Notes: generated by a model from the letters alone, not told the origin. A stretch of 64,000 bases of DNA from a virus (IMGVR_UViG_3300032038_000022:1-64000); one strand, 5' to 3'. Shown: positions 26,187 through 37,765, numbered from the stretch's first letter. Numbers and translations are program-made.

Positions 26187-26855
26187 TTATTCATTAATAT
26201 AGTTGTTTATTTTTTCTTTATCTTTTGCTAAGATATTAAGCATATAACCAAGAGTAGCATTAAATTTAGCTTCCTTTAAGTCATAGTCTTCTTTATTTTT
26301 CTTTATCTTAGCATTTTTAGAATCTCTTTCTTGTTTTTTAGCTGCCAATTCAGCCTCAAGCTTAGAGATTTCTTCCCCTAATTTATCAACCTCCTGTTGT
26401 TCTTGTACAACATTAAGGTTACGTTTCTTTTGTAATTCTTGCATTCCTACCTTACGCTCACCTTCAAGAACGCCAGTATAATGATCGATTGCTCCTAAAA
26501 TACTCATCTTAGAAATCTTAGCATCCGGGAAAAATCTCTTCATACTAAGATATTGTTGAGCATATCGTTTCTTTTCATCTGGTTCCATAGAGACTAGGTC
26601 TTCAGATTCAGCAGCTTCTTTAAGCTCAAGATAATCAGGACCTGGAATATTCTCAGCTTTTAGTTTAGCTTCAAATTTTTCCAAGAGTGACTCATCTACT
26701 AACTCTAAGCCAGTATCAGTACCAGTGGGTGAAGGAGTAATGCTTTGTTGGGGAACTACTACAACATTTTGTTGTTTTTCTTCTTTTTGTTCTACGCTAC
26801 TATTTTCTTCTTCTACAAAAATAGTCTTCTTAAGTGCATTTAAAAAACTTCCCAT
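26187..26855 (-). CDS. Coiled-coil hypothetical protein, first gene of the ABC operon
   Basis: NIPGPDYLE motif; ATG 26855 (the track start lies inside promoter box 26873-26883). Confidence 0.7.
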   Translation of the reverse strand: MGSFLNALKKTIFVEEENSSVEQKEEKQQNVVVVPQQSITPSPTGTDTGLELVDESLLEKFEAKLKAENIPGPDYLELKEAAESEDLVSMEPDEKKRYAQQYLSMKRFFPDAKISKMSILGAIDHYTGVLEGERKVGMQELQKKRNLNVVQEQQEVDKLGEEISKLEAELAAKKQERDSKNAKIKKNKEDYDLKEAKFNATLGYMLNILAKDKEKINNYINE

Positions 26856-26908
26856 ATTAATTTCTTTATTTTCATACATAAGGTTTTAAGGCAAACTCTT
26901 ATATATGT

Positions 26909-27754
26909 ATGGAAGAATTTAAATCATTAAAAGAAAAGTTCGATTTTTATCGAAATAAAACTGATTATAAGATTGAAAAGAAGTCTTATACGATGGTAAT
27001 GCTTGATGGTCGTAGTTTTAGTAAAATGATAAAAAATAAGTATCATCTTCCGTTCGATGATATTTTTATTAACATGATGAATGAAACTGCGGCTTATGTA
27101 TGTAAGGGAGTTCAGGGTTGTAAGATAGCTTACGTACAAAGTGATGAAATGACATTTGTGATAACAGACTTTGAAAATCCTGATGCAGACATATTCTTTG
27201 GAGGCAGACTAGTTAAAATGTTAAGTATTATTCCAGGAATTGCAACTGGATATTTTAACAAACTAGCAATGATGAATTTAATTCCTAAGGATAAAGAAGC
27301 TGGTAATATTCTATGTTCATCTGACGATATTTATCAAATGTTAGAGTCTTATACTCCAATTCAATTTGATGCTAAGGTATGGCAGGTTCCAAGTCTTAAT
27401 GATGTATTTGCTACTATTCTCTATCGTCAAAATGATTGTATAAGAAATAGTAAAGCTCAAGTTGCACAAAAATATTTCTCTCATAGTCAATTAAAAAATC
27501 TCCCAGTAGACGAACAAATAAAATTAACTAAGGAAAAATTTAATGTTGACTGGGAAAATGATTTTGATGATGGGAAAAAATTCGGTAGATTTATTTGGAA
27601 AGAAACTGAACAGAGGACGAATGAACATTGCCTAGAACCTTTTGAAAGAAGTGTATGGAAGTCTCATTATGCATGGCCTCTACATGATCCAGAGGGTAAG
27701 CAAAGATTCCTAGATCTTGGGATAATTCCAGACATTGATGGCCTAGAAAAGTAG
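26909..27754 (+). CDS. tRNA-His guanylyltransferase Thg1-like protein
   Basis: LDGRSFS, YVQSDE, FGGR..K, FDAK, RQ.DC.RNS. Confidence 0.9.
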   Translation: MEEFKSLKEKFDFYRNKTDYKIEKKSYTMVMLDGRSFSKMIKNKYHLPFDDIFINMMNETAAYVCKGVQGCKIAYVQSDEMTFVITDFENPDADIFFGGRLVKMLSIIPGIATGYFNKLAMMNLIPKDKEAGNILCSSDDIYQMLESYTPIQFDAKVWQVPSLNDVFATILYRQNDCIRNSKAQVAQKYFSHSQLKNLPVDEQIKLTKEKFNVDWENDFDDGKKFGRFIWKETEQRTNEHCLEPFERSVWKSHYAWPLHDPEGKQRFLDLGIIPDIDGLEK

Positions 27755-27836
27755 TGAAACCCTTATATATGTAATAAAGATTAACTAAAGAGTAGTCAGA
27801 GTATAAACTTTGATGCTCTTTTTAAATTTTTAAAAT

Positions 27837-28127
27837 ATGGGAACAATAGTATTATTAGCGTCAGCACCGTTCATATTAGCTGGTTTTGGTATTGCTGGAA
27901 TTACCAAATCAATAATGAACTATGACGAAAAAGAAAGAGAAAGAGAGGCTACCCAAAGAGAGGTAGCTATAAGAGATGAAGACGACGATTTCAAGTTTCC
28001 TACTGCAAAAGAAGCAATTGAGACGGTTTTTGAAGCAACTGATGAGGTTGAACAAGGTATCAAAAAAGCTGGTAAAGCAGGTTTAAAGGCACTTGGAAAG
28101 TTTTTCAAAGCATTAGGGGAGGAGTAA
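27837..28127 (+). CDS. Small anchored hypothetical protein
   Basis: Own promoter box at ~27762 and a terminator. Confidence 0.65.
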   Translation: MGTIVLLASAPFILAGFGIAGITKSIMNYDEKEREREATQREVAIRDEDDDFKFPTAKEAIETVFEATDEVEQGIKKAGKAGLKALGKFFKALGEE

Positions 28128-28168
28128 ATTCTTCCCTTTTTATTTTATTAAAAAAAAGAATGAGGAAC

Positions 28169-28973
28169 TTAATCCTCATTTTTAATACAAAAGTAAAATC
28201 TAGTCATAAAACGTTCTTCTGGAAGAAATGAATAATCTCTTGTAGATTTATGTTTAGTATATTCTGTAAAGTTCATTACACCTTTACCAAAAACAAAATA
28301 GCACATATTACCAAAACCTTCAACCAATATATTTTTAAATAAAGAGGCTATTCGTTTTTCTTTCCTTCCTTCTGCATAAAGACTTCCAGGGTTATACTTA
28401 GTACTGACAAGCCAAACTTCCTCTAATTTCTTTTTATCATTTGAATAATAAACCCAAAGCTTTCCAATGCAAACAGGATTATCTTCTTCAGGTGATCTTG
28501 AAAATTTTTTCCAAAGTTTAAATTTGTTGTATTTTACATTATCTCTATCCCAAAGAACGTCTTCTTGTGTATTCTTTTTTTCTTGGAAGATAACAGAGAA
28601 CATTTTGGTGATTTACATAATAAAGACCACCTCTTTCAATAATATTATGTCCTCCTCTTTCTTCCCAATACTCTACTTCTCTAGTTTTTTCTTTAAATTT
28701 TTTCTCTATATCATATTTTTGTACAATTTCATTTGGAATATTCTGTATAAACTCTTTGTAAATTTTATCAATATTTCTTCCAATATTCCCTCGTATAAAA
28801 GTTTTAATTAAAGAATACCACTTAAATTTATAGAGAGTATCATAATAACTACTAGGCTGAAATATGCCCATTCGTACATGTTTTACATCTGGATCATTTA
28901 ACCTTGCACGTTCAAAATGATGAAATGCTTTCGGTCTCTTTTGCTTCTTTGTTGATTTATATTTTATACTCAT
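28169..28973 (-). pseudogene. Hypothetical gene probably split by a one-base indel in an A7 tract (ORFs 28545-28973 and 28169-28603)
   Basis: Removing one A at ~28575-28581 gives ...LCYLPRKKNTQEDVLWDR... Confidence 0.45.
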
Positions 28974-29067
28974 TTTTATACAAATTAGATTTTCAATACG
29001 TCTTCCAGATTTTTATAAACGTTTCTTTAATAATTCGTAGATAAGGCTTTTGAGATCCTTACGAAGT

Positions 29068-29078
29068 CCTTATATTTG
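29068..29078 (+). promoter_or_regulatory. Promoter box matching the Bacteroidota -7 element TAnnTTTG
   Basis: CCTTATATTTG 2 nt before ATG 29081. Confidence 0.7.
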
Positions 29079-29080
29079 TT

Positions 29081-30001
29081 ATGAAAGAAAATATAAATAA
29101 TATGAAGCGACTAAAAATAGTAAAACGGGATGGGTTACCTGAAACCAATAGTAGCTCGTCTCATTCAGTTGTAGTAAGTGATAAAGAATTTTCTTTACAG
29201 GATATTTCTTCTGAATTAATTCCTGAAGATAATGGTAAGATTATGATTCATGGTCATAGTTTTAATTGGGAATGGGAGAAATATAATGATGTAATAACTA
29301 AAACTCAGTACGCAATTGCGGCATCTATTTACGATGATGAAAAGATAGAGAGAATTAAAAAGGTTTTTAAAGAATTTTCTGGTTATGATTTAGAAATAGA
29401 GGATGAAAATGATAGTGATAAATTGAGATCTATATTCTCAATAGATCATAATTCTAGTGACATCTTTAATGATTTCTTACAGACAGATGAAACATTAAAA
29501 AATTTTATCTTTAATCCTCAATCATGGTTATTCTTAGGAAATGACAATAGTGAATCTCCAGTAGGATTTTACAAGGTTTATAATATTAATAATTATAAGA
29601 ATCCTGCAGCAATTGCTAGTGTAGATTTTGGAGATGAAATTGGACGTATTGATTTTGAATTATTTAGTTATCCAGGTGGAATTCTTCAAGACTTAGAGGA
29701 CGGAGATAATCAAGATCTTTTAGCATCTCTTTGTATAAGTAATGGCAAAGTAACTAGTTTAAGACTTGTTAAAGATGCTGAAATGTATTTCTTCAGACGT
29801 TATTGCTGTATTGAAAGAGATGGAAAATACTATGTTAGATTCATGACGAAGGAAACTAAACAACTTCAACAGGATGTTCTTAGAGCCTCTAATTGGAATT
29901 TTGATCAAGGAGAGAAATTTATTCTTAGTCGTGAATATGGTAAAGATTATGTTGAATTTCCTATAGAAATATACGATAATGAGTTCGGCAAATTGGATTA
30001 A
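29081..30001 (+). CDS. ETNSSS-motif protein (radical SAM partner)
   Basis: R.G..ETNSSSSHS, IDH.S, FIFN..S....GNDN. Confidence 0.75.
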   Translation: MKENINNMKRLKIVKRDGLPETNSSSSHSVVVSDKEFSLQDISSELIPEDNGKIMIHGHSFNWEWEKYNDVITKTQYAIAASIYDDEKIERIKKVFKEFSGYDLEIEDENDSDKLRSIFSIDHNSSDIFNDFLQTDETLKNFIFNPQSWLFLGNDNSESPVGFYKVYNINNYKNPAAIASVDFGDEIGRIDFELFSYPGGILQDLEDGDNQDLLASLCISNGKVTSLRLVKDAEMYFFRRYCCIERDGKYYVRFMTKETKQLQQDVLRASNWNFDQGEKFILSREYGKDYVEFPIEIYDNEFGKLD

Positions 30002-30908
30002 TGGAAATTATTTTGTAAGAATAGATACTGATGGAACAAAATCTAGGAGAGCTCTTAGAGTTGGAGAAAAACTAATTCCTAATTTTCCAGAGTCCCTAGA
30101 TATAAAATTAACGAATAAATGTTCTATTGGTTGTCCATTTTGTCATGAAAATAGTAATCCTCAGGGGAAAGTTTGTGATCCTGATAAATTAATAAAAGTT
30201 CTCGATCAACTTCCTAGAGTACCTATCGAATTCGCATTTGGTGGGGGAGATGTTTTTGAATCTCAAGATGAATTAAAAAAGATTCTAGAGTGGTCTGAGA
30301 ATAATGGTTATTTAAATAGAGTTACTATTAACTATCGAGACCTAGAGATTCGCCAGAAAGAAGAATTAGAAAAACTTTTTATTGAAACCCAAGCACATAG
30401 ACTAACTATTGGACTTAGTCTCTCAAATTGGAATAAAGAGATTGAAGAAAAGATTAAAGAATTCGAATTCTTCTTTGATAGAGTAGTATTTCATATTATT
30501 ACAGGTGTATTTCCGATTGAGAAGCTAGAATCTTTATTAGATAATGATATAGCTCCAGTTTTAGTATTAGGTTATAAAAATTTTGGCCGAGGTAAGTTCT
30601 ATACTCCTAAACAGATGGATATATGGAAGGATACTATAAAACAAAGAATTTTCAAATATCGATTAGGAGTAAAGACTGGGGTATTAGCATTTGATAATTT
30701 AGCTATTGAGCAGCTAGGAATTAAAGAAAGCCTTTTTCAAGAGGAGTGGGATAGAACATATCAAGGAAATGAATTTTCATGCTCAATGTATGTAGATGCA
30801 GTTGAAGAAATGTTCGCACCTACTAGTAGAAGCACTGAAAGAGTATCTTGGAATAGCATAGGAATAGTTGAATATTTTCAAAAAGGAAAACAAGACTATG
30901 AAAATTGA
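29979..30908 (+). CDS. Radical SAM protein
   Basis: CSIGCPFC (CxxxCxxC), GGG, FDNLAIEQL, MYVDAV. Confidence 0.9.
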   Translation: MSSANWINGNYFVRIDTDGTKSRRALRVGEKLIPNFPESLDIKLTNKCSIGCPFCHENSNPQGKVCDPDKLIKVLDQLPRVPIEFAFGGGDVFESQDELKKILEWSENNGYLNRVTINYRDLEIRQKEELEKLFIETQAHRLTIGLSLSNWNKEIEEKIKEFEFFFDRVVFHIITGVFPIEKLESLLDNDIAPVLVLGYKNFGRGKFYTPKQMDIWKDTIKQRIFKYRLGVKTGVLAFDNLAIEQLGIKESLFQEEWDRTYQGNEFSCSMYVDAVEEMFAPTSRSTERVSWNSIGIVEYFQKGKQDYEN

Positions 30909-31464
30909 ATTAGTTACGAAAGAAAGATATGACAAACTTTTAGGAATGAAAGGAGACTATGTAAAAATGAAGGTCTTTCCTGATTTTATAAAAGGACCTG
31001 AAGAAGTAGTTAAAAGCTGGCAATATTATGCAATAGGTAATAGAGTTTTCGGGTACCTAAGTGAGTTTAATACTCTCTGTATTCCAGCTAAGTATGATAT
31101 TGAGGATACTCTAGAACTACTTAGATCGTCTAATATTGATCTAGAAGCATGGATGGTAGAGTCTTGTAATGAAGAAGACTTAGACTTCAATCCAGATCAG
31201 GTTAATTGCTCTTTTCATCAAAGAGGTAGTTATGGTGTTCCTAATAGAAAAATATCTCCTGGATATTACAAAATTACCAATACGATAACTAAAGAGGTAA
31301 TATATGCTAGTGTTGAGAGTGATTGGGGAGATAATGTAATAAAATATAAACTAAAGAAAAACTTAGATACATCTGAATCAGATATTTATCTAATGGATAA
31401 TCTAATAAGTTTGTTGTTGTATGAAAAAGGATACAAAAATAAAAGACTTAGTGAAGAGGGTTAA
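30898..31464 (+). CDS. Hypothetical protein
   Basis: Coupled ORF; ATG 30898 preferred. Confidence 0.65.
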   Translation: MKIELVTKERYDKLLGMKGDYVKMKVFPDFIKGPEEVVKSWQYYAIGNRVFGYLSEFNTLCIPAKYDIEDTLELLRSSNIDLEAWMVESCNEEDLDFNPDQVNCSFHQRGSYGVPNRKISPGYYKITNTITKEVIYASVESDWGDNVIKYKLKKNLDTSESDIYLMDNLISLLLYEKGYKNKRLSEEG

Positions 31465-31837
31465 TGATACTCTTAGATATTATGAGAAAGAATATATTGA
31501 ATTGAAACGTACTCCAACAACTGAAAAAGAGGTTTGTACATCTTTTGAACATTATATTGAAGTAAGATTTAATATGGAATGTTGTAAGATACCAGAACTC
31601 TTAGACTTAGAAAATTTAACCGGCGGACATTTATTCTCTTGTACATCTATTACAAATCCAGATGAAGCAAGACGAAGATTTAGTTCAGCAACAGTAGAAC
31701 TTCTAAGCCCAGAAGAAGTGGAGAATGCAGATGAATCTCTTAGAGATGCCTTGGAGGTTGTAAAAAAATACTTAGGAGGCACTAAGATTAGTTTTAATAG
31801 TGTTAAACAAAGAATAAAAATTACAATTGATGAGTAG
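31421..31837 (+). CDS. Hypothetical protein
   Basis: Coupled ORF. Confidence 0.6.
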   Translation: MKKDTKIKDLVKRVNDTLRYYEKEYIELKRTPTTEKEVCTSFEHYIEVRFNMECCKIPELLDLENLTGGHLFSCTSITNPDEARRRFSSATVELLSPEEVENADESLRDALEVVKKYLGGTKISFNSVKQRIKITIDE

Positions 31838-33389
31838 TTGGATATTAGCTCAAGATATTATAGCTTTAGTTAATAATAAAAACCATAAGCTATATATTAC
31901 CAGAAAAGGAAGTAAATCTCTTTTTCAGGCTATTGAACGATTAAAGAAACGACAGAAGGATGTAGAATCATTCATTGAAATGGAAATTAAAAATTCCTTC
32001 TTAGTTAGGCTTGGAAATAATATGTCTATGGAAGTCAAAAATAAAGATCTTCCTGACGATAAGTGGTATACTCTCAGAAATGAATTAGATTCTAATGAAA
32101 ATGTATGGGAAATGCTCACTAATGTAGATAATAATAGAGGTGATTTTGGAGATATTGAATTTGAGATTGCTACTAGTGATTTAATCAAAGATAGAGTGGT
32201 CCTAGTAACATCTAGTATGCCTTCATATCAAAAATTACAGAATCAAATGAAACGAGTTCTTTTCTATGATATTTATTCTAAAACAAAGAAATGGACTCCA
32301 GGTCATAGATTCTTCTCTAAAACTAGCACATATTATTGCATAGCACAAGTTAAAAGTAGGAGAAGTGGTATTGACTCAGTCTATCTCTCAAAAGATGATA
32401 TGGTAGATGCATGGATTGTTACAGAAGAACTAGAAGGTCAGAAAACTTGTAAAGAAGTATTAGAAACAAAAAGTTTTGGACCTGAAAGAAGTGATCTTAG
32501 AATAATTTATACTGCCGGATTAATGGTAGATGACGGAGAATTTCTCAAAAATGACATTGGAGATGATATTATGACTTATTATCCCAAAATGGTAGAAAAT
32601 GCAAAAAAGAGATTTCCTACTAGTCAAGAAGTTATGGGAATGAGATCATTCTTAGATATCTTTACAGTCCAAAGTGAGGGTCATGAGGATTTAAGCCAAG
32701 TTGATATAAATCTAATAGTAGATATTAAAGACCGCATTAAAGAATCTATGTACATCACAATGATCCAAAATTATTATGGTTATTCTTGCTTAAGAGATAA
32801 AAGCAAAGTAGATGACGTTGCAGCAGATAACTTGTTAAAACTCTTTTACAATAGAGATAACATGATGGATGGAAATAGTAAACGTTCATTATATTACAAA
32901 CTCCTATTCTTAGATCTCGGGCTTGATGATCCTAAAGATATAGCAAAAAAAGTTATTAAAGATTTTGATATAAAGGATATAACTGATAACTTTAGTGGAT
33001 ATGTAAATTATGCCTCAAAATATTTATATAACAATTTATACTCAGATGGTATAGTAATTATAACTCAACGTAAGACAAGTAGCCGTTATATGATGCCTTT
33101 TACTAAATTAGGGGACAAGTTTGGGGCAGATCTATGTGATACAATTCGAAAGATTTGTTCAGAGCGAGATCAATGTAATGGTTCTAATTGTGATATATAT
33201 GAAGTTTACAATTCTGGAACTAGGATTGCACCCAAAGAATGGATAGCAACTACAATAACGCTTGAGGATATATTAAATTATTTTGGAGGAAATCTTGCAA
33301 ACATCCCCGAAAACCTTAAATTTGATATAATGAAATGCAAATTTCAAAAAGTAGAATTAGCTTACGATAAAGGAGAAAAACTCGCATGA
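31827..33389 (+). CDS. Hypothetical protein
   Basis: 520-aa ORF. Confidence 0.75.
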   Translation: MMSSWILAQDIIALVNNKNHKLYITRKGSKSLFQAIERLKKRQKDVESFIEMEIKNSFLVRLGNNMSMEVKNKDLPDDKWYTLRNELDSNENVWEMLTNVDNNRGDFGDIEFEIATSDLIKDRVVLVTSSMPSYQKLQNQMKRVLFYDIYSKTKKWTPGHRFFSKTSTYYCIAQVKSRRSGIDSVYLSKDDMVDAWIVTEELEGQKTCKEVLETKSFGPERSDLRIIYTAGLMVDDGEFLKNDIGDDIMTYYPKMVENAKKRFPTSQEVMGMRSFLDIFTVQSEGHEDLSQVDINLIVDIKDRIKESMYITMIQNYYGYSCLRDKSKVDDVAADNLLKLFYNRDNMMDGNSKRSLYYKLLFLDLGLDDPKDIAKKVIKDFDIKDITDNFSGYVNYASKYLYNNLYSDGIVIITQRKTSSRYMMPFTKLGDKFGADLCDTIRKICSERDQCNGSNCDIYEVYNSGTRIAPKEWIATTITLEDILNYFGGNLANIPENLKFDIMKCKFQKVELAYDKGEKLA

Positions 33390-33664
33390 AACAAGGAAAC
33401 TTACAAGTCGAAGGTGTGGTAGAGCAAGAATTGGGTAATTCTATGTTTAGAGTAAAACTAGATAATCCCGGAATGCCTATAATTCTATGCACGATTTCTG
33501 GGAAGATTCGAAAAAATTATATAAGAATCCTAGTTGGTGATAAAGTTAAAGTTGAAATGACGCCATATGATTTAACAAAAGGGCGAATTGTTCAGCGCAT
33601 TAATTCAGTTGTAATAACTCCTATTAATAATAGTAATAACAATAAAAACAAAAAGAAAAAATGA
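33386..33664 (+). CDS. infA: Translation initiation factor IF-1
   Basis: VEGVV...[10 protein letters not shown]...[32 protein letters not shown]. Confidence 0.97.
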   Translation: MKQGNLQVEGVVEQELGNSMFRVKLDNPGMPIILCTISGKIRKNYIRILVGDKVKVEMTPYDLTKGRIVQRINSVVITPINNSNNNKNKKKK

Positions 33665-34335
33665 AAAAATACTGTATTAAGAATAGTTTAATTGGTAATT
33701 ATTACCCTATGTATCTGAATAATATTAACCTTGGTCGTTCAGCATATCTGTATCAGATAACTACACCAGGGCTCAGTGAGAAACTTGTTCCATTAATATC
33801 AATTAATAAAGTAGGAGAAATTACCTCAGAGGGAGACTACTCTGCTACAGAAAATAATATGATGAGTAGTGATATACTAGCAACTCTCATTCATAGCAGA
33901 GATGAAATTGAAACAAAGGGTATGGAATACCTTTCAGGACTCTTTAAAAAGGATAATCCTGTACTATACTTTAGAGGTAAAGAAGACTTTCCAGCAATAG
34001 AGATGGGTATGGATAATAACATGCAAAAATCTATCATTGTGAATCTTCGTGATGAGCTTCGATGGAGATGTTATCGATTCTATGCTGGACGGTATGTTGA
34101 TATACTTTGGTCTCCTACACAGTTTGCTGTATTTAAGATTTGTGGAAATAGGGAAGAGATCTGGCTTGAACCAGTAGCTGTTTATGAAAATACAGATCTT
34201 GGACTCCACAATCCTAAAGAATTTGTAGATAGTAGCTGGCAGACTGAGAAGTTTTCTGGAAAAACAAAGACGTCTGACTTAAATCGATATATTAAACGAC
34301 TTGAGTGGACAGCATTTGATAAGAAAACAATTTAA
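33661..34335 (+). CDS. Hypothetical protein
   Basis: ATGA overlap with infA. Confidence 0.7.
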   Translation: MKKYCIKNSLIGNYYPMYLNNINLGRSAYLYQITTPGLSEKLVPLISINKVGEITSEGDYSATENNMMSSDILATLIHSRDEIETKGMEYLSGLFKKDNPVLYFRGKEDFPAIEMGMDNNMQKSIIVNLRDELRWRCYRFYAGRYVDILWSPTQFAVFKICGNREEIWLEPVAVYENTDLGLHNPKEFVDSSWQTEKFSGKTKTSDLNRYIKRLEWTAFDKKTI

Positions 34336-34430
34336 ATGAACAAGAGAGGTGGCTTAGGTCATCTTTCTTTTTTCTTGTACGTCTGAATGGGGTGGGAAAT
34401 TCCTTATAAGTGTATAAAAATTTAACGATT

Positions 34431-36563
34431 ATGCAACATATTAGTAAATTATTGAATGAGCAATTTAAGAAGATTGCAAACGGTAATGAGTTATTCCGAA
34501 GCAAAGTAAGTGGTATTGAACTTTGGAATGAGTATATGAAAGGTTTTGGTAAGGATCCAGTATTTAGAAATCCTGACTTCTCTGTCCACAATTGTTCAAC
34601 CTGCAATAACTTTATCCGTCGATATGGAAATATTGTAGGTCTTGATGAAAATTATAATATCATAACTATGTTTGATATTAGCAATTGTCCTGCAGAGTAC
34701 AAAGCTAGTTTTGAAGCAATGGCTAATATGCTTAAGGCAGCTCCTATTGTAGATTCATTTGTAGAAACATTCGATGAATTGCAGAATCTTCCTTATGAAA
34801 GATGTAAGAAGAATGCCCCTGAATTCCTCCTAGGATTACCTAAAAATGCAAAAGTATATACAGAGGAGGAAGCTAATAAATTCCCAGGTGTAGTAAAATC
34901 CGGTGAAAGTCGAGTATTTTATCATCTTTATGTAAGTTGCCCTAGCCTTTATATTGATACCTCTGGTTCAAGTGTAGCAGCATTAATGGGCAAACGAAGA
35001 GATAAATATAGTGTCTTTAAAAGATGTATGGAAGAAATTCCAGTAGATACCTATGAATTAGTAAGGGATCTTATAAACCAAGGATCTTTGTTAGATGGTA
35101 CTGCTCACTTATCTAAAGTTGAAGCAATGATACCTTTAAAGAAAGAGTATGATCGAATTCCATCGGACAAACAAGATAACTGGTGTTGGTCTAAATCTGA
35201 TTTCGGATTGGCTAAATTTAAGAACGAACTCATTGGTGTACTATGTACTGAATTAGCAGAGGGAAAAGACTTAAATGAAGCTTGTAAAGAGTGGAATATA
35301 CGTATTGATCCGACTAACTATATGAAGGCGAAAGCTCCTATTACTGCAGCGCAAATTAAAACCGCGCAGGAGTTTATTGAACAGAATGGTTTTGAAGAGA
35401 GCTTTACTCGTAGGTGCGCCACACTAGATGATATTAAAGCTGCTGATATTCTTCATATTAATAGTGGAGATGGTAAGATTCAGAAAGTCTCTATCTTTGA
35501 TGAAATGAAGAAAGCTGTATCATCTCGTCATAAAAGATCAGAATTTGATAAGGTGGAAAAAGTAACAATTGATAAATTCATGAATGATATTCTTCCAACC
35601 TGTACAAGTATTGAACTTTTCTTGCAATCCAGTCAGAAAGGAAATTTTGTAACGCTGACAACATCAGAAAACAAAGATTCAAAGCCAATTATGAAGTGGT
35701 CAAATAACTTCAGTTGGACATTTAACGGAAACCTGGCTGGTAAATCCCAAATTAAACAGGCAGTTAAGGCAGCTGGTGGATTCGTAGATGCTCCTTTCCG
35801 ATTCTCTATTATGTGGAATGAAGATTGGGAGAACAATCGAGTTAGTACTGACCTTGATGCTCATGCTATTGAACCAACGGGAACAGAGATTTATTATTCA
35901 ACTTACAAAGGACATCAAACTCCAGTATGTGGAGGTATGCTTGATATTGACATGATTCGTCCAGCAAAGACAGGTGTTGAGAATATCTTCTGGACTGATA
36001 TGAAAAGAGTTAAAGATGGGGCATATAAGTTCTTTATCCATAACTATGCTGGAGAACCCTGCACAGCAAAAGCAGAAATTGCTATTGGTGAAAGCATCTT
36101 CCAATATTTTGTAAGCACACCTATTGCTACAAATGCGCGAATAGATATCGCTACTGTTTATATAAAAAATGGTGAACTCGATCATATTGATCAGTCTAAA
36201 TGGTTGACTAATAGCGATGGATTTAGTGAAGAGATATATGGCCTTCATACTGGCGAATTCCAGAGAGTTAACCTAATGTGTCTTAGCCCGAACTACTGGC
36301 AAGAACATGGAGTTGGTAATAAACTATACTTCTTCATGCTTGACCATTGTAAAGCTCCTGGAAAGCTTCGTGCATTCCATAATGAGAATCTTATTCCAGA
36401 ACTTCTTCAACACCGTAAGGTATTAGATGTTTTAGGAAATACACTACAAGTTGAATCTATTGATGGTCAACTTAGTGGCCTTGGATTTGATTCAACGGTC
36501 CATGACGAAATAATCCTTCGTTTAGGAGGAACACATAAACGTATAATTAAAGTCGAAATTTAA
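34431..36563 (+). CDS. Large conserved phage protein with HNCxxC and a TerD/YfaP-like acidic module
   Basis: HNCSTC; DLDAH..EP, GGMLDID, GVENIFW; ATG 34431 after promoter box 34402-34412. Confidence 0.7.
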   Translation: MQHISKLLNEQFKKIANGNELFRSKVSGIELWNEYMKGFGKDPVFRNPDFSVHNCSTCNNFIRRYGNIVGLDENYNIITMFDISNCPAEYKASFEAMANMLKAAPIVDSFVETFDELQNLPYERCKKNAPEFLLGLPKNAKVYTEEEANKFPGVVKSGESRVFYHLYVSCPSLYIDTSGSSVAALMGKRRDKYSVFKRCMEEIPVDTYELVRDLINQGSLLDGTAHLSKVEAMIPLKKEYDRIPSDKQDNWCWSKSDFGLAKFKNELIGVLCTELAEGKDLNEACKEWNIRIDPTNYMKAKAPITAAQIKTAQEFIEQNGFEESFTRRCATLDDIKAADILHINSGDGKIQKVSIFDEMKKAVSSRHKRSEFDKVEKVTIDKFMNDILPTCTSIELFLQSSQKGNFVTLTTSENKDSKPIMKWSNNFSWTFNGNLAGKSQIKQAVKAAGGFVDAPFRFSIMWNEDWENNRVSTDLDAHAIEPTGTEIYYSTYKGHQTPVCGGMLDIDMIRPAKTGVENIFWTDMKRVKDGAYKFFIHNYAGEPCTAKAEIAIGESIFQYFVSTPIATNARIDIATVYIKNGELDHIDQSKWLTNSDGFSEEIYGLHTGEFQRVNLMCLSPNYWQEHGVGNKLYFFMLDHCKAPGKLRAFHNENLIPELLQHRKVLDVLGNTLQVESIDGQLSGLGFDSTVHDEIILRLGGTHKRIIKVEI

Positions 36564-36569
36564 AAAATT

Positions 36570-36977
36570 ATGTACAAGAAAGCGATTCAAATGAAGCTGA
36601 GATTTCCTTCTCAAAGGGGACTTCTCACTGTAGAACAAGTGTATGATCTGAAGCTCTCTCAGTTAGAGCCTATGATTAAGAGTGCTTTGGCAGAGGTTAA
36701 GTCAAAGACTGGTGATGCAGATTCAGAATTATCATTCCTAGAAGGTAAAACTGAAACTAAAGAAGTAGAAGAAATCAAACTTAGATTTGATATTCTTAAG
36801 GATATTTATCTTACCAAGCAAGCTGAAATCAAAGCAGAGCGCGAGGAAGTTAATACTAATGAGGAGATTAAAAAGCTCGAAGCCGCCCTTGCTCGTAAGA
36901 AAGACAAGGAACTGGAAGAAATGTCTGCTGATGATCTCGAAAAGAAAATTCTTGAACTTAAGAGCAAGAAGAAGTAA
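36570..36977 (+). CDS. Conserved helical phage protein, partner of the preceding gene
   Basis: A..MKLRFPS.RG.L.VEQ..DL motif. Confidence 0.75.
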   Translation: MYKKAIQMKLRFPSQRGLLTVEQVYDLKLSQLEPMIKSALAEVKSKTGDADSELSFLEGKTETKEVEEIKLRFDILKDIYLTKQAEIKAEREEVNTNEEIKKLEAALARKKDKELEEMSADDLEKKILELKSKKK

Positions 36978-37033
36978 AACCTTTCATGGGGAGTCTCTTA
37001 TAGGCTCCTCCTTTTATTTTCCTTACTTATGAT

Positions 37034-37765
37034 ATGATTATAAAAGAAATTAAAATAGGAAACTTATGTGAAAATCATAAGATGTTAAATTGGAATTTGG
37101 ACAATAATATAAATTACGTAACAGGTCCAAATGGTTATGGAAAAACAATATTATTTAATACTATATTCTATCTATATCTAGCTGCAGTATATAACCGGAA
37201 TGAGTCTCAATATCTTAATTCCGATATAATCAATTATCTAAAAATTACTCTTAATAATAACGCCTGGATAGAGTGGTCTAAGGATGGAGGTATTAAGAAA
37301 GATGGGTTTTTAGATGATCTTATGCTTCTTGGATATAGTTCAGAGGAAGCAAGGTATCAACCAGAAGATGGATATGAAACTATTTTAAACTGCAAAAATA
37401 AAAATTTTATTGTTATTAAAGAATTTCTTAAAACCTTAAGCAGTAATTTAGATTTCGTAGTAGATCCTAGCAATAAAAATAAATACATGTTTGTAGACTC
37501 TAAGGGAAAAGAAATACCTATCCAACATTTAAGTTTTGGATATCTTTCAATTATGTATATACTAGCCGCTCTATTCCCTGATCGTGAGTTAATTTTTATG
37601 ATGGATACTCCTGAATTAAGCCTACATGTCCTATGGCAAGAGGTATTGATAAAATATATGAGAATGATTAATACCAAAGCACAATTAATTATTATGACTC
37701 ATAGCCCAGCAATCATTGGATCAGAGTACGATAAAACCTTTGACTTATATGAACAGGCGCAATAA
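37034..37765 (+). CDS. ABC-type (AAA_21-like) ATPase with atypical Walker B, paralog of 7825
   Basis: GPNGYGKT, LSFG, FMMDTPELSLH..WQ, THSP; promoter box 37021-37031. Confidence 0.85.
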   Translation: MIIKEIKIGNLCENHKMLNWNLDNNINYVTGPNGYGKTILFNTIFYLYLAAVYNRNESQYLNSDIINYLKITLNNNAWIEWSKDGGIKKDGFLDDLMLLGYSSEEARYQPEDGYETILNCKNKNFIVIKEFLKTLSSNLDFVVDPSNKNKYMFVDSKGKEIPIQHLSFGYLSIMYILAALFPDRELIFMMDTPELSLHVLWQEVLIKYMRMINTKAQLIIMTHSPAIIGSEYDKTFDLYEQAQ

